Assembly: GCA_951406725.2 (NCBI GenBank)
Contig: OX597840.1
Location: 2,914,001 to 2,978,000, forward strand
Length of the DNA: 64,000 nt
Direction: 5' to 3'
From: Octopus vulgaris
Taxonomy: Eukaryota
In this document: positions 13,348 through 27,349 of the stretch, one piece after another
Numbering within the stretch: position 1 is the first letter of the stretch
Layout: every line of letters starts with the position of its first letter
Program-made: the position numbers and the translations under genes
The notes under the pieces: model-generated
What the model was told of the DNA's origin: nothing
What the model saw: only the letters and a program-made list of their open reading frames with translations
Database searches by the model: none

Positions 13348-13640
13348 TGTTTGTTCCTTCTCAAGCCATGCCTGGCTCATAAGGGAGGGTTTCCCGTCTT
13401 CCTTGGCGTCTCGGTTGCGCACCTGGACGGGACAGGTGAGCTGCAAGATACAGGAGGAGGAGAGAGTGAGAGAAAGTTGTGGCGAAAGAGTCATCAGAAG
13501 TTTGCCTTTACCTTCTGCCGGAGTAACGTGGAGCTTAGGTGTTTTTGCTCATAAAAAAACACATCGCCCGGTCTGAGATTCGAAACCGCGATCCTTCGAC
13601 CGCGAGGCCACTGCTCTAAACACTAAGCCATATGCCTCCG
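13348..13640 (-). mobile_element. SINE family B' (B-like head, third tail type)
   Basis: Head and body like family B, tail ending ..cttatgagccaggcatggcttgagaaggaacaaac. Second copy at 31118-31420(-). Confidence 0.82.
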
Positions 13641-13913
13641 CAGAAATATATATATATGTATATATATTTCTGTATATACAATTTTCTATGCTATGCATAT
13701 GTTCCTTCTTTTTCAGTGAATACCGGGTATAGATTTTTTTCCTTTTTTTTTATTATTTCATTACAATATGCACACTTCAACACTTTATGTCTGTCTCTAA
13801 ATTGTCCGACTCATTCTTCAACCATGTGGCAAACAAATGAAATCATTATTATCATAATTATTGTTCTTGTTGTTGTCATGATCATCCTCATCATCAGCAT
13901 CATCAGTGTCGAG

Positions 13914-13983
<70 letters not shown>

Positions 13984-14054
13984 ACAGCCATAGTTACTAT
14001 TCAAAGTAACAGCTATATCAGACATTATTAGACAGATTATTATTATTATTATTA

Positions 14055-14122
<68 letters not shown>

Positions 14123-14270
14123 GTTATCATTTTTATTTTTATTATTATTATATTTTATTATTATTATTATTAATATTATCATCATCATCATCATCAACAT
14201 CTTCATCATACTATTATTATTAGTAGTATTATCATCATCATTATCATCATCATCATCATCATTATTATTA

Positions 14271-14301
<31 letters not shown>

Positions 14302-14340
14302 CATTATTATCATCATCATCATCATCATCATCACCATTAC

Positions 14341-14397
<57 letters not shown>

Positions 14398-14427
14398 CAT
14401 TATTATCATCATCATCATCATCATCAC

Positions 14428-14475
<48 letters not shown>

Positions 14476-14581
14476 CATCATCATCATCATCATAATTTTT
14501 ATTGTTGTCGTCGTTGTCATTATTATTATCATCATCGTCATCATCATCATCGTCATCATTATTATTATTATCATCATCATT

Positions 14582-14619
<38 letters not shown>

Positions 14620-15066
14620 TATTATTATTATTATTATCATCATCGTTATCATCATGATCAGCATCGTTATCATCATCAGCATCATCATTATTATTATCAT
14701 TATTATTATTATTATTACTATTTACATTATGGATTTATTACGTGTTTCCATCCATTTTTGGTGCATCTTCACATATTAAATTAAACCCGCCACCGGTAAT
14801 ATAATTCTAGGTTAAACTACCGGCAGTTATTTTTAACGATCATACTCTGTCGAACACCCGTATCGTATAGACAAGATATTCAAACACCTCTTTGTATGTG
14901 CATGTAATGTATACCCCTAATACGTACATATACACGCATGCATATATATGCATACATGCTTAGTTTCAAACACCCACTCACGCATGCATTCATATGCTTA
15001 TATGTTCGTACGCATATACGCACTCAAATACACACAGACAGGTACACACTCATACATACATGTATA

Positions 15067-15142
<76 letters not shown>

Positions 15143-16158
15143 GATATAAGCATATATACATATATCACTTTAAATGTGTATGTATGTGTATATAAGTTTA
15201 TGTATAATCATTATAATTATAGAGATAGATAGATGTATGTATATATATATGTGTGTGTGTGTGTATACACAGACACACATATGTATATGAATGTGTGTGT
15301 ATGTGTCTGCACATATATATGTATATGTCCATGAATGCGCATACATATTTGTATATATGTATGCATACATATATATACGTATATATGTATGTATACATAT
15401 ATATATGTATGTAAGCATACATATATATATATATGCACACATATATATACGCATATATATGTATATATATATATATATACGTATATATATATATCTGCGT
15501 GTGCGTGCGTATGTATATATATATATATATACATATATATTTATAAGTATATTATTTTATATATATACATATATACAAACATACATACATATATATTCAT
15601 ACATATGTGTGTGTGAGTGTGTATGATTATATTTATATATGTGTATGATTTTTAGATAAAATATATGTGTGTACAAGAGCATATTTATAAATACAGACTC
15701 CCACATACCACCTACAAATATATACACTCCCGCACACATACGCACACACGCACACACATAGAATTTTATACGCATATATGCACACACCTATCTATTTAGC
15801 CACGCTTCCATTCATCACACAAACGTACACACAAACGTACATACGTCAATTCATACACATACAAACACATTCGTACACATACATACTTACATATATACAC
15901 ACACACACATAGATACACACACATATATATGCATACACACTCATATAAAATTACATGGATTAAAGTGTGATATTAATCTGATAAAATGTAACACGAACGA
16001 GGCTCGAGATCACATGACATTAAGAAATATTTAAAAATAGACAAACGTCTATTTCATTTGAAACGGTTATGTCTGTCTACTTCTGTCAGATTTCATAGTC
16101 TATATATACACTTTTCTATTTGTCTATTTGTACAGGCACGTCTTTGTCTGTCTGTGTG

Positions 16159-16248
<90 letters not shown>

Positions 16249-16649
16249 CCGAGAGAAAGACAAAGACTCTCTATATATTTTTATACACAAATTTTTAAGT
16301 TTCATACACTAATTTTTAACACCTATATAGGTACGTGTCTGTGTGTGTGCGTGTGTAATTATATATGATTGTGAGTGTGCGTAATTATGTATCTATGTGA
16401 CGTTGAATGGACACATACATTTAATACGTTTTAGTACGTGTAAACGTACTAAGTAATGAATGTTATGTAAATGTATATATATATATATATATATACATAC
16501 GGATATGTGCGTATATGTATAAGTATGCATGCCTCCATGTATGTATACATCGATACATACTTACATACATATGTCTGTACATGTGTATGCGAGTAGGTGC
16601 ATATATATATATATACTTTATTTAAAGTAGCAGAAAATTCAACATATGC

Positions 16650-16693
<44 letters not shown>

Positions 16694-16696
<3 letters not shown>

Positions 16697-16890
16697 GAGA
16701 GTTTAAGAAAAAAACAAAAGACGAAGATAGGTGGTGTAGAAAACAAAAAGATATATTAGTATAACGCTGGGAATTGAAAAAGTCTTTTACATTTCGAGAC
16801 TACGCTCTTCTACAGAAAAGAGTAAGAGAAAATAAACAAGGAGAGAAACAAGGAGAGAAAAAAAACGTGTGTAGTGGCTACCAATCTATC
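16694..16890 (-). mobile_element. Short (TA)n-adjacent PLE-derived non-coding element with a variant mini-hammerhead (16784-16820)
   Basis: Homologous to 44146-44330. Minus strand reads CUUUU-CUGUAGA-AGAGCGUAGUCUC-GAAAUGUA-AAAG. Confidence 0.6.
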
Positions 16891-17557
16891 ATGGCGATAC
16901 ACACACACACACACACAGAGGAGTGTCTGTGTAATAAGTAGCTTGCTTAGAGAAGGAGAGGGTCGGCGGGGGCTTTCTGTCTTCTCCCATCTTTATCATT
17001 TTTGTATCATAATCATTCGCCTCATCAGTGTATATGTCCAGCCCGCTAAGCTACCTTATCTATGTGCTTCATACATGGAAAATTTAATGAATAAAAGTAA
17101 CTTGCTTACCAACCACATGATTCCTGGTTCTGCCCCACCTTGGCAGTGGCAAGTTGGGCAAGTGTCTTCTACTATATGCTCGAGCCGACCAAAGCTTTAT
17201 GGTTAAATTTGGTAGACAGAAGCTGAAAAAAGCCCGTCGTATAAATATATACATATGTGTGTACGTGTATGTATGTGTGTGTTTGTGTGTGTTTGTGTAT
17301 GTTTATGTGTCTGTTCTTAACCCCACCACTATTGCTTGACAACCGATATATTGTGTTTACGTCCCCGTAATGTAGGGGTTCGCCCTAAGAAACCGATAGA
17401 ATGAGTACTAGGATTACAAAGAATAAGTTCTGAGGGTCAATTTGTTCCGCTAAAGGTGCTGCTGCAGCATGACCGCAGGTAAATGACTGAAACAAATAAA
17501 AGAATAAAGGAATATAGACATATAGATATATAGATATACACACATACACACACATAC

Positions 17558-17621
<64 letters not shown>

Positions 17622-18295
17622 ATATGAATGCATGTGTATGTATATATATGCGTCTATGCCTGTATATGTATTAGGTGCACACATATCCACACGCATACAT
17701 ACATATATGAATACAAATATACATATAAACATACATGCATGTGTGCGTACATCCATCCATCCATACATTCATACATACATACATGCATACATATATTCAT
17801 TCATACATACATACTTGCACACATACATACATACATACATACATACATTCATACATGCATACATACATACATTCATATATACATACATACATTCATATAT
17901 ACATACATACATTCATTCATACATACATACATACATACATTCATACATACATACATGCATACATACTTGCGTAAATGAATACATACATATATACATACAT
18001 GTATGCATACATACATACATGCCAGTATATATTTATATGTTATCATTAGCGCTGGTACATGTTTAGTATCGTGTGACCAAAGACTTCGATGATTCGCTTA
18101 TGTGGAAGATTTCAAAGAAAAAGAGTTGAAGTACCGACACAGATAGGATGGGAGGTTGGTGCAATAGGAGACAGGTAGGTAGGTAGGTAGGTGCAGGGTA
18201 GATAGCTCCGTTGATACATTGTTAGATTGCTATGTGTGTAGGCGTAGGCAAGAAAGCAAACATGTATATTCTTCTTCTTCTTCTTCTTCTTCTTC

Positions 18296-18352
<57 letters not shown>

Positions 18353-18401
18353 TTATTCTTATTCTTCTTCTTATTATTATTTTTCTTCTCTTCTTCTTCT
18401 T

Positions 18402-18432
<31 letters not shown>

Positions 18433-18695
18433 TCCTTCTCTGCCAAGAATTCACAACGACCTCGAACCCACAAGAGTAAACACGAGAGTCAGAGACAGGC
18501 AGAAACAAGGGAAATGCCCCTTGGATTTGAATACTATCCAAATATTATTTTTAAAAACTTTTCATTTAATTTTTCCAAAATTTAATTCTTTTCCATACTT
18601 CCGGTTGAAAAAGTCTCAATGACTGAAATCGGTACTAAAATGTGTTTTTTTTTATGATAACAATTATTTTAGCACTTTCTATCTTGACTTCTTTA

Positions 18696-18762
<67 letters not shown>

Positions 18763-19574
18763 AAGAATAAGTCCTGGGGTCGATTTGAATGAAACAAATA
18801 AAAGAGTAAAAGAGATATATATATACGACGGGTTTCTTTCAATTATCATCTAGCAAATCCATTAACAAGGCTTCGATCTGGCGACGAGGATTCGATCTGG
18901 CGATGGTAGAAGACAGCTGCCCCAGTTGCCACTCAACGGACCTGAACCTTACACCATATAGTTTTAAAACAAGCTTTTTATAATCCAGACAACGCCACCT
19001 TTCAATCAACGTCCATTTTGTAAAAGCATTTTATCTCGGAAAATATAAGACTACATCTTTGTTACAAGGATTTTTAACGGTTATCGTATTTTATTTCCAG
19101 AGAAAATACATTTTCCTTGAAGTCGATGGCTATAGATTCAAGTTCTCCAGTGATTTATTCCCAGGCAATTCACAGAGTCAAATGGTTGAGCTTCGTTTAT
19201 GTCACTTTATCTATAAAACACTTATATCTCGAATAGTATGTAGCTAGTTGCTAGCTCCGTGAAGCTGACTGAGATGATTTGATCGTCGCCACCGCAGTGA
19301 ATGGCCTGAAAATGGTCAGCAACATCTAAGAGGTACAAGTGTGTAGAAATAAAAATAAAAGTGAAAATAAAAATATAGAAAAAAAGTATAGGAATAAAAC
19401 GAAATAATAAAACAATATATTTTCATTAGCAGACATTTTGCAGTAATATTTATCGGAGCGTCATGACCCGCACACACATACACATATACACTCACTCACA
19501 CACATACACACACGCACACACATTTATATGTATATAGATAGATAGATAGATAGACATACCTACACACACACACA

Positions 19575-19623
<49 letters not shown>

Positions 19624-19644
19624 GTATATATATATATGTATGTA

Positions 19645-19690
<46 letters not shown>

Positions 19691-20336
19691 CCTGCGTATA
19701 TACACACACCAACTGAAAACGATGATTATATATATTCGTAAAATAATGGCGTAATATCGCAGCAGGGAGAAGACGTAGTGATGATGACGTGAGCCTGTAA
19801 GAGTAAGAGACATAATTTTAGTAGGGAGTGAGGGGAGGTGGTAATGGTGGTGGTGGTAGTGGTGGTGGTAGTGAAGAGGTAAATTGAGGGGAATTGGAAA
19901 TAGTTTGATACAAGGGAAAAAATGTGTATAAAGAATGAAGAGCTTAAGAGAGACATAAATAGAGTGCGACAGAGAGAGACGCAGAGAGAGTGAGAAAGAG
20001 AGAGCCAGAGAGAGAAAGAGAACGAGCCAGAGAAAGATAGACAGATAACAACAGAGAGAGAAAGAGCCCAGAGAGAAACAGATACAGAGAGAGAGAGAGA
20101 GCCAGAGGGAGAAAGAGAGAGATAGACAGTGATACTGAAAGAGAGAGAGAGAGAGAGAGAGCCAACCAGAGAGAGGGAGAGAGAGCCAGAGAGAGAGAGA
20201 GAGAGACAGTGATACAGAAAGAGAGAGAGAGAGAGAGAGAGAGCCAGCCAGAGAGAGAGAGAGAGAGAGAGAGTTATTATGAAAAAGAAGACAGAGGGAA
20301 TGTAAGCCTTTCGGATTGAGATAGATAGATAGATAA

Positions 20337-20373
<37 letters not shown>

Positions 20374-20400
20374 CAGACACACACAGACAGACAGACAGAC

Positions 20401-20479
<79 letters not shown>

Positions 20480-20496
20480 AAGACAGACAGACAGAC

Positions 20497-20579
<83 letters not shown>

Positions 20580-21319
20580 CAAACAAACAGACAGACAGGG
20601 AGAGAGGGAGAGAGAGAGAGATTTGAAGATGGTTTCAGATAAAAGGAGTGATAGTGGATGAGAGAAAGAGGAAGAACAGGAGAGACAAAAGAGTGTTTTG
20701 AGTGAAAGAGAGTAAAGGAGAACTGTTTGATAGGAAGTTATTGAGAGATAGCGGGAGTTTGAACCAGAAACAAATATATAGAGAGAAATGAATTAGGTGT
20801 CGATTAAGAGAGTGATAGGGAATGAAGAAAAAAATGGGTTTCATTATGGCGAGTAGAGAACGGCATTTGAGAATATGAGGTTGTGCCTATAGGGGCGGCG
20901 GAAGGGTGAAAAACACTGACAGAGAGAGAATGAGAAATGAAGACAGTTTGAAAGAATGGTTTAGAGGGAGAGAGGTTTCTAGAGAGAGAGAGAGAGAGAG
21001 AGAGAGAGGTTGTGAGAGGGAGAGTTTATGATAGGGAAAGAGAAGAAAATTGAGAGAGGTTAAGAAGTGAATGCACTACGTGCACGCGTGTGTGTTTTGT
21101 ATTTTCGTGATTTTAACACAGGGAGGAGGAGGAGAGAAGATGTGTATGAGAGAGAGAAAAAAGAAAGACGGAGAGAAGGGTGAGGGAGAGAGGAGGATGG
21201 GGAGAGAGAAAGAGAGAATGTCAGAGAGAGAAGGTGAAGGAGAGAGAGAGAGAGACAGACAGACAGATAGATAAACAGTTTCATATATATATACATATAT
21301 CTATCTATCTATCTATCTA

Positions 21320-21375
<56 letters not shown>

Positions 21376-21417
21376 TTAGATAAAACTTAGATATGTTTCG
21401 ACCAGATATATATCTAT

Positions 21418-21455
<38 letters not shown>

Positions 21456-21482
21456 ATATATATATATATAATATAACATATA

Positions 21483-21530
<48 letters not shown>

Positions 21531-21679
21531 TTTCAGTTTCCATCTACCAAATCACTCACTAGGCTTTGACCGACCCGAGGCTTTAGTAGAAGACACTTGC
21601 TCAAGTTTCCACACAGTGGGATTGAACCTGGAACCATGTGGTTGGGAAACAAGCTTCTTACCAAACACCCACGCCTGCG

Positions 21680-21718
<39 letters not shown>

Positions 21719-22319
21719 TTATATTAAGAGGACGATTTATAAAATCTGTTACAAGGAGAGATAGAGAAATAATGGTAGATAGGGAGAAAATCAGAGAATG
21801 GGTGAGTGCGTATGTATATATATAGGTGAGTGTTTTAGCAGAGAAGGAAAGAGAAGAAGAAAATAGAGTGGTTTAGAGAAAGAGAAACAGAGTACTGGTT
21901 TGATAAAAATGGCGGCGCATAGAAAGTGAAGTTAAAGACGATAAGGCTGTGAGGAAGAGCGCAGATGTACGCTATATCTTAGAGACATGAAGATATGCAG
22001 AGTTTCTGATAGATAGATAGATTGAAAGCATGGTTTATAAAGAGCGTTTTTTGCTAACGGAGACAGAGAGGGGTATAGAGAGAAATAGAGAGAGATAGAG
22101 ACATGGAGATGGAGTGAGAACAAGTGACTGTTAGTGTGTATGTGTCACGTGTATGTGTATGTGGGTGTGGTTGTGTGTTTTTCGAATGGGAGTGATGCAG
22201 AGAGAATGTGAGAAAGAGAGAAATAGAAGAAGTGTTTGGGAAAAAATGCTGATGCAGTGAATAAGTAAAACGATACAAATGAGACACATAAAAGCATAAG
22301 AATCTTTTGAATATAGGGA

Positions 22320-22373
<54 letters not shown>

Positions 22374-22413
22374 GATAGAGATAGATAGATAGATATATAG
22401 ATAGATAGATAGG

Positions 22414-22485
<72 letters not shown>

Positions 22486-22489
22486 CTGT

Positions 22490-22521
<32 letters not shown>

Positions 22522-22687
22522 TAGATAGATAGAGAGTCAGGGAGAAAGGAGGAAATGTGGAAGAGGGAAGAAAGTAAGAATGAAATGTGCGCACGCATGT
22601 GTGTTTTTAAAAGGGAAAAGCGGGATAGAGAGATTTTTCCGAACGTGGATGAGACAAAGAAAGAATAAAGGGAGCTGAGAGGAAAAC

Positions 22688-23047
22688 AGAGAGAGAAGGT
22701 TCGAGAAAAAAATGGCGACTGGCAGAGAGAGAAGTTTCGAGAAAAAAATGGCGACTGGTAGAGAGAGAAGGTTCGAGAAAAAAATGGTGACTGGCAGAGA
22801 GAGAAGGTTCGAGAAAAATATGGCGACTGGCAGAGAGAGAAGGTTCGAGAAAAAAATGGTGACTGGCAGAGAGAGAAGGTTCGAGAAAAAAATGGTGACT
22901 GGCAGAGAGAGAAAGTTCGAGAAAAATATGGCGACTGGCAGAGAGAGAAGTTTCGAGAAAAAAATGGTGACTGGCAGAGAGAAAGGTTCGAGAAAAAAAT
23001 GGCGACTGTCGGAGAGAGAAGGTTCGAGAAAAATATGGCGACTGGCG
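22688..23047 (+). repeat. 36-bp minisatellite, 10 units
   Basis: Unit gagagagaaggttcgagaaaaaaatggcgactggca, which explains the MATGRERRFEKK periodic ORF. Confidence 0.95.
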
Positions 23048-23537
23048 GAGAGTGAAGTTACAGAATATGAGGCTAAGTCTACGGGTCGGTGGAGGGAATG
23101 GATTGAAAAAAAGAAATATATAGTGTATTTGAGAGAATGATTTATAAAGAAGGTTTGTTACGAAGAGAGAAGGAGAGAGAAAAAAGGGCGAGAAAGCGAG
23201 GATGAATGAATGAGTACGTGGATGCGTACGTGGATGTGTACGTGTGGGTGTACTGGAATATATGTGCTTTTAAGAGAGCGAAAGACGTACGGTGAGATTA
23301 TTGCCTAATTGCCGAAAATGCAACCGAAGCTAGGTATTAAATGCATTACACGGTTTCAGTTACTTTATCTAAAAGAGATATTTGCGCTCTTCAGTCGACT
23401 CAAAGTAGATAAAACAAGGTATATAGTGATCTCCTTATCGCTGTATCTCAAACATTGAAATGTACTACGTGTTTGCATATTGGCGATAAGATATATGAAC
23501 ACGTGATATGGGTTTTACGTATTCTGATACTTCCAAT

Positions 23538-23589
<52 letters not shown>

Positions 23590-23600
23590 TGTGTGTGTGT

Positions 23601-23722
23601 CATGGTGCATATGGTATAAGCATATATGCTTGTTTGTGTTCCTACATGCATAAACAACTTACATCCGCATACTTATATATACAAACATAAACACACACAC
23701 ATTATAGATATATATATACATT

Positions 23723-23755
<33 letters not shown>

Positions 23756-23825
23756 GTACGTATGTATGTATGTATGTATGTATATATTCATTCATACATA
23801 CATACATACATACATACATACGTAC

Positions 23826-23871
<46 letters not shown>

Positions 23872-23986
23872 ATATATATCTATAATGTGTGTGTGTTTAT
23901 GTTTGTATATATAAGTATGCGGATGTAAGTTGTTTATGCATGTAGGAACACAAACAAGCATATATGCTTATACCATATGCACCATG
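23601..23986. repeat. Inverted duplication with 120-bp arms around a microsatellite spacer
   Basis: 23601-23720 is the reverse complement of 23867-23986 (catggtgcatatggtataagc... / ...gcttataccatatgcaccatg). Confidence 0.9.
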
Positions 23987-24139
23987 ACACACACACACAC
24001 ATATATATATTGTATGTATGTATGTATATATATGTATATATATATATGTATGTATGTATATATATATATATATATAATACATAACTGCATGCATACATTA
24101 CATATATACACACATATATATGACTCTATTTCTGCATAC

Positions 24140-24171
<32 letters not shown>

Positions 24172-24685
24172 ACATACAACACACACATATATACACACAT
24201 ACGGATATACATAGAGGCATATATATTTATTAAGGACGTATTACCTTGCAACATAAGGCGTCGTTTCATCATACATAACCCGATATCTTTCCTAACTTTG
24301 AAAAGATAGGACTATTGAAGCAAACGTAATAAGCTTTTACTACCATAAGAGAGAAAAATAAACCACCAATATTTGATAGCTTCAAAATTTAGCTCAAAGC
24401 TAGCAACATTCAGATAGGGTGTAAGTCAGTTATATAAGTGTAAAGCTGGTACCTTATATTATCGACCCAGAAATCATGAATGTTTATAGCTAATGTCGAA
24501 GAAATCTGTCGCCGTGACGCAAAGAGTCGGAAGACGCCGCTAAAGCACTTTTAGGTTGAGCTAACCACTCTGCCAACTCGCTTCACGTTAAACCAAAATG
24601 TTAGAGGATTTTTCTGGTTAAGGGGATAAATCGAAATCAGCGACACACATAAGTAAGTTTATATGCCCTTGTGTGCCTATCTACA

Positions 24686-24737
<52 letters not shown>

Positions 24738-24899
24738 TATATATATATATGGGTGTGTGTGATTGTGTATAGAAGAATATATTAATAAAAAGAATTCCAA
24801 CCTTGTCTGATTTTCACGTTTTATTTACAATCTTATAATGATATATTATAATTGAATAAAATAAAATGAAATAGTAGAATGTTAAATATTCATTCTGAT

Positions 24900-24944
24900 T
24901 GAACTAGTACTTTCATGCATTGAATTCTGCAATCTTCGGGTTCA
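24900..24944 (-). ncRNA. Minimal hammerhead ribozyme-like motif in the PLE 3' region
   Basis: UGAAC-CCGAAGA-U-UGCA-gaauucaa-UGCA-U-GAAA-GUAC-UA-GUUCA. Stem I is 5 bp, stem III is palindromic (AGUACU), the core is a U4C variant, and the motif is in the same sense as the ORF. Confidence 0.7.
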
Positions 24945-25438
24945 TGTAGTAGTGTTGACAGTCATGCTTCACAATTTTTGACTGTAGCAAGATGAGTGAT
25001 TCTGTGCTATAAATACAGCTGGGTAGGCTCCAGAGTGCTAGGTTTTGCAAACTGTATTCTGACCAATCAGTGTGTAGTATCACTCAATTACTTAAGCTGA
25101 TTGGTTGGTTGAGCTGATTGGTTTAGGCATCACGCTTTGTTGGACAGGTCAAGAGTCCTGTATCTTGACCCTGGCCGAAGCAGCAATTGTTGGGTTATTT
25201 TTAGAAATGTTGTAAATATCCTTTGTCAGAGATTTTTATATTTTTATATTTCAATTGTCATCATCATCATTGTCAGCACCTTAATTATTGTTGCTAGTGG
25301 TGATGGTGGTGGCAATAGAACTTTTAACCCTAAATAAGATAATTTTCCTGCTATCTTCGTCTTGATCACCTTTAGTATTGTTGTTGTTGTTAGTGGTCAT
25401 GGTCGTAGCAGTGGAAGTAATACCTCTAAGTATTATTA

Positions 25439-27349
25439 TTATTGCTTATTTAGCTTGGGTTCGAATTTATCAATAAAATTCTTTTCTCTGATTTTCCTCT
25501 CGATTTCACTTGGGCTGTGTAATTTGTAGAATGGAAATATTATATATATTTTCCGACCACATGTTGCTAGGTGGTTACTCAAAGGTATCTGACGGACCTC
25601 TGGGTCTCTAATCTGTTGCCGGTGTACACGTGAGCGTTCTAATAGTGCGTTTCCCGTCTGACCTACATATATTTCTTCACAATTTGGGCATTTGATGCAG
25701 TAAATTAAATTTCTGCTTTTGCAGTTCATATTCGCGTTTGTGAATATTTTCCCGGTTTTTGTGTTTATATATTGACCGGTATGTATGAATTGGCATGTGC
25801 CACATCGGCTATCATTGCATTTAGATACCGTGAATGTTTGGTCTTTGTTGCTGAGGTCAAATTTTGCCTTTGTTAGTAATGTTTTCAAGTTTTTAGGCTG
25901 TCTTTTACTAAGCACCATAGCTCGATCCTTGATTATGTCTTTTAATTCATTACTTTGGGCAATGATTGGAAGGTTTGCTTTGGCAATGTTGAAGATATTC
26001 TGGTGACATGGGTTGTGTGTCACTATGAATGGTATGACTTGTTCTTGTTTTCCTCTTCCTTGGGTTGTCCTAAGTTGTTGTATAGGTATTTTTATAGCCC
26101 GCTGTATGCCATTTTCTATAAGTAGAGATGGGTATTTTTGTTTGAGCAAAAATTCTCTTAGTTCTATTAGGCGTTTGTTCCTGATATTTGCATCTTCTAC
26201 AATAGTACAAATTCTTCTGGCTAGGCAGTATGGGATGTTACGTTTTGTATGTGGTGGATGGCACGACTTAAAATTTAGGTATTGATGTGTGTCTGTGTGT
26301 TTATAGTATATATCTGTGGTGATGGTGGTGTCATTTTTAATTACCATTATATCCAGGAATGGTAATTTGGTACTACTCATCTCCTTTGTAAATTTGAGAG
26401 ATGGGTGTAGGTTGTTCAGGAGGATATTGAACTCTTCCAGAGTATTTAGAGATTCTGTCCAGATTATGAAACAGTCGTCTAGGTATCTCTTCCATGCCTT
26501 TTCAATATACTTTCTAAATCCAGTGCCATAGTTTACCTCCACCTCTTGGTAGAGTTGTTCTTCTAAGTATCCCATTACAGAGTTGGCGTAAACGGGAGCA
26601 AACCTCGTTCCCATCGCCGTGCCTCTAATTTGGATGTAATTCTTTCCATTGAAGAAGAATGTGTTATTTTCTAGAATAAGTTTGACTGTGTCTAATATAA
26701 ATGCCACTGTGAATCTGCTGGGAATCACTTCTCTATGTTTTTCTAACCAGTATTTAATCGCCTTTATTCCTAAATCGTGTGGAATATTGGTGTAGAGGCT
26801 TACCACATCAAAACTTAGCAAAACTGAATTTGTTTCTGTTGTTTTGGGAAGATGGGACAGGAAGTCGATGTCATCCCTGATGAAACTTGGTATGTAAGTA
26901 CATAGTGGTTTCAAAACAATGTCAATAAAATTGCTTAGACGGTGTGTAGGGCATGCTGGACCAGCTATAATAGGTCTAAGTTTTAGGTCTTTTGGATGTA
27001 ATAATTTTATGTACTCACTTTCTTGTTCTTTTACTGCCTGTTGAATGTTTTTTGATTTGTGTATTTTTGGTAAGCCGTAGAAGTTGCTGGGTTTTGGTTC
27101 AAAATTGGTGATGTAGTCTTTTTCATTATCCGTAAGTGAGTTGTGGTGTGTTGAAATCAGGTTGTTGATCTTTTTCATGATGTGGTGGTCTATATTTGCG
27201 GGTATTTCACAATAGAAGGTTGTATCCTTCAGTTGGTCTTCAACCAAATCCTTATAGTATTCGGTATCCATAATAACAATTGCACCACCTTTATCTGCTT
27301 GTTTAATTATTATTGTTTGATCGTTTTGTATACGTTTACATGCAGACAT
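25439..27349 (-). CDS. Penelope-type reverse transcriptase + GIY-YIG endonuclease (N-terminally truncated)
   Basis: 636-aa ORF with ADKG, FYGLPKIHK, LRPII, SFDVVSLYTNIP, GTAMG, RYLDD, LPFLD, Cys linker CNDSRCGTC and NLIYCIKC..YVGQT..R..H. The frame stays open ~29 codons upstream of the ATG, up to the (TA)n. Confidence 0.95.
   Translation of the reverse strand: MSACKRIQNDQTIIIKQADKGGAIVIMDTEYYKDLVEDQLKDTTFYCEIPANIDHHIMKKINNLISTHHNSLTDNEKDYITNFEPKPSNFYGLPKIHKSKNIQQAVKEQESEYIKLLHPKDLKLRPIIAGPACPTHRLSNFIDIVLKPLCTYIPSFIRDDIDFLSHLPKTTETNSVLLSFDVVSLYTNIPHDLGIKAIKYWLEKHREVIPSRFTVAFILDTVKLILENNTFFFNGKNYIQIRGTAMGTRFAPVYANSVMGYLEEQLYQEVEVNYGTGFRKYIEKAWKRYLDDCFIIWTESLNTLEEFNILLNNLHPSLKFTKEMSSTKLPFLDIMVIKNDTTITTDIYYKHTDTHQYLNFKSCHPPHTKRNIPYCLARRICTIVEDANIRNKRLIELREFLLKQKYPSLLIENGIQRAIKIPIQQLRTTQGRGKQEQVIPFIVTHNPCHQNIFNIAKANLPIIAQSNELKDIIKDRAMVLSKRQPKNLKTLLTKAKFDLSNKDQTFTVSKCNDSRCGTCQFIHTGQYINTKTGKIFTNANMNCKSRNLIYCIKCPNCEEIYVGQTGNALLERSRVHRQQIRDPEVRQIPLSNHLATCGRKIYIIFPFYKLHSPSEIERKIREKNFIDKFEPKLNKQ

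Noticed and set aside
16960-17035. Minus-strand CUGAUGA-GGCG...CGCC-GA
   Set aside because: It continues GACC rather than GAAA, with no stem I or III.
22688-23047. CRISPR-like periodicity (also at 6572-7545)
   Set aside because: The units are contiguous with no unique spacers, there are no cas genes, and the context is eukaryotic.
22712-23140. 142-aa MATGRERRFEKK repeat ORF
   Set aside because: It is a by-product of a 36-bp (3n) unit, the frame shifts in unit 9, and there is no other coding evidence.
23345-23400. Minus-strand CUGAAGA...GAAAC hammerhead-like match
   Set aside because: Stems I and II do not pair.
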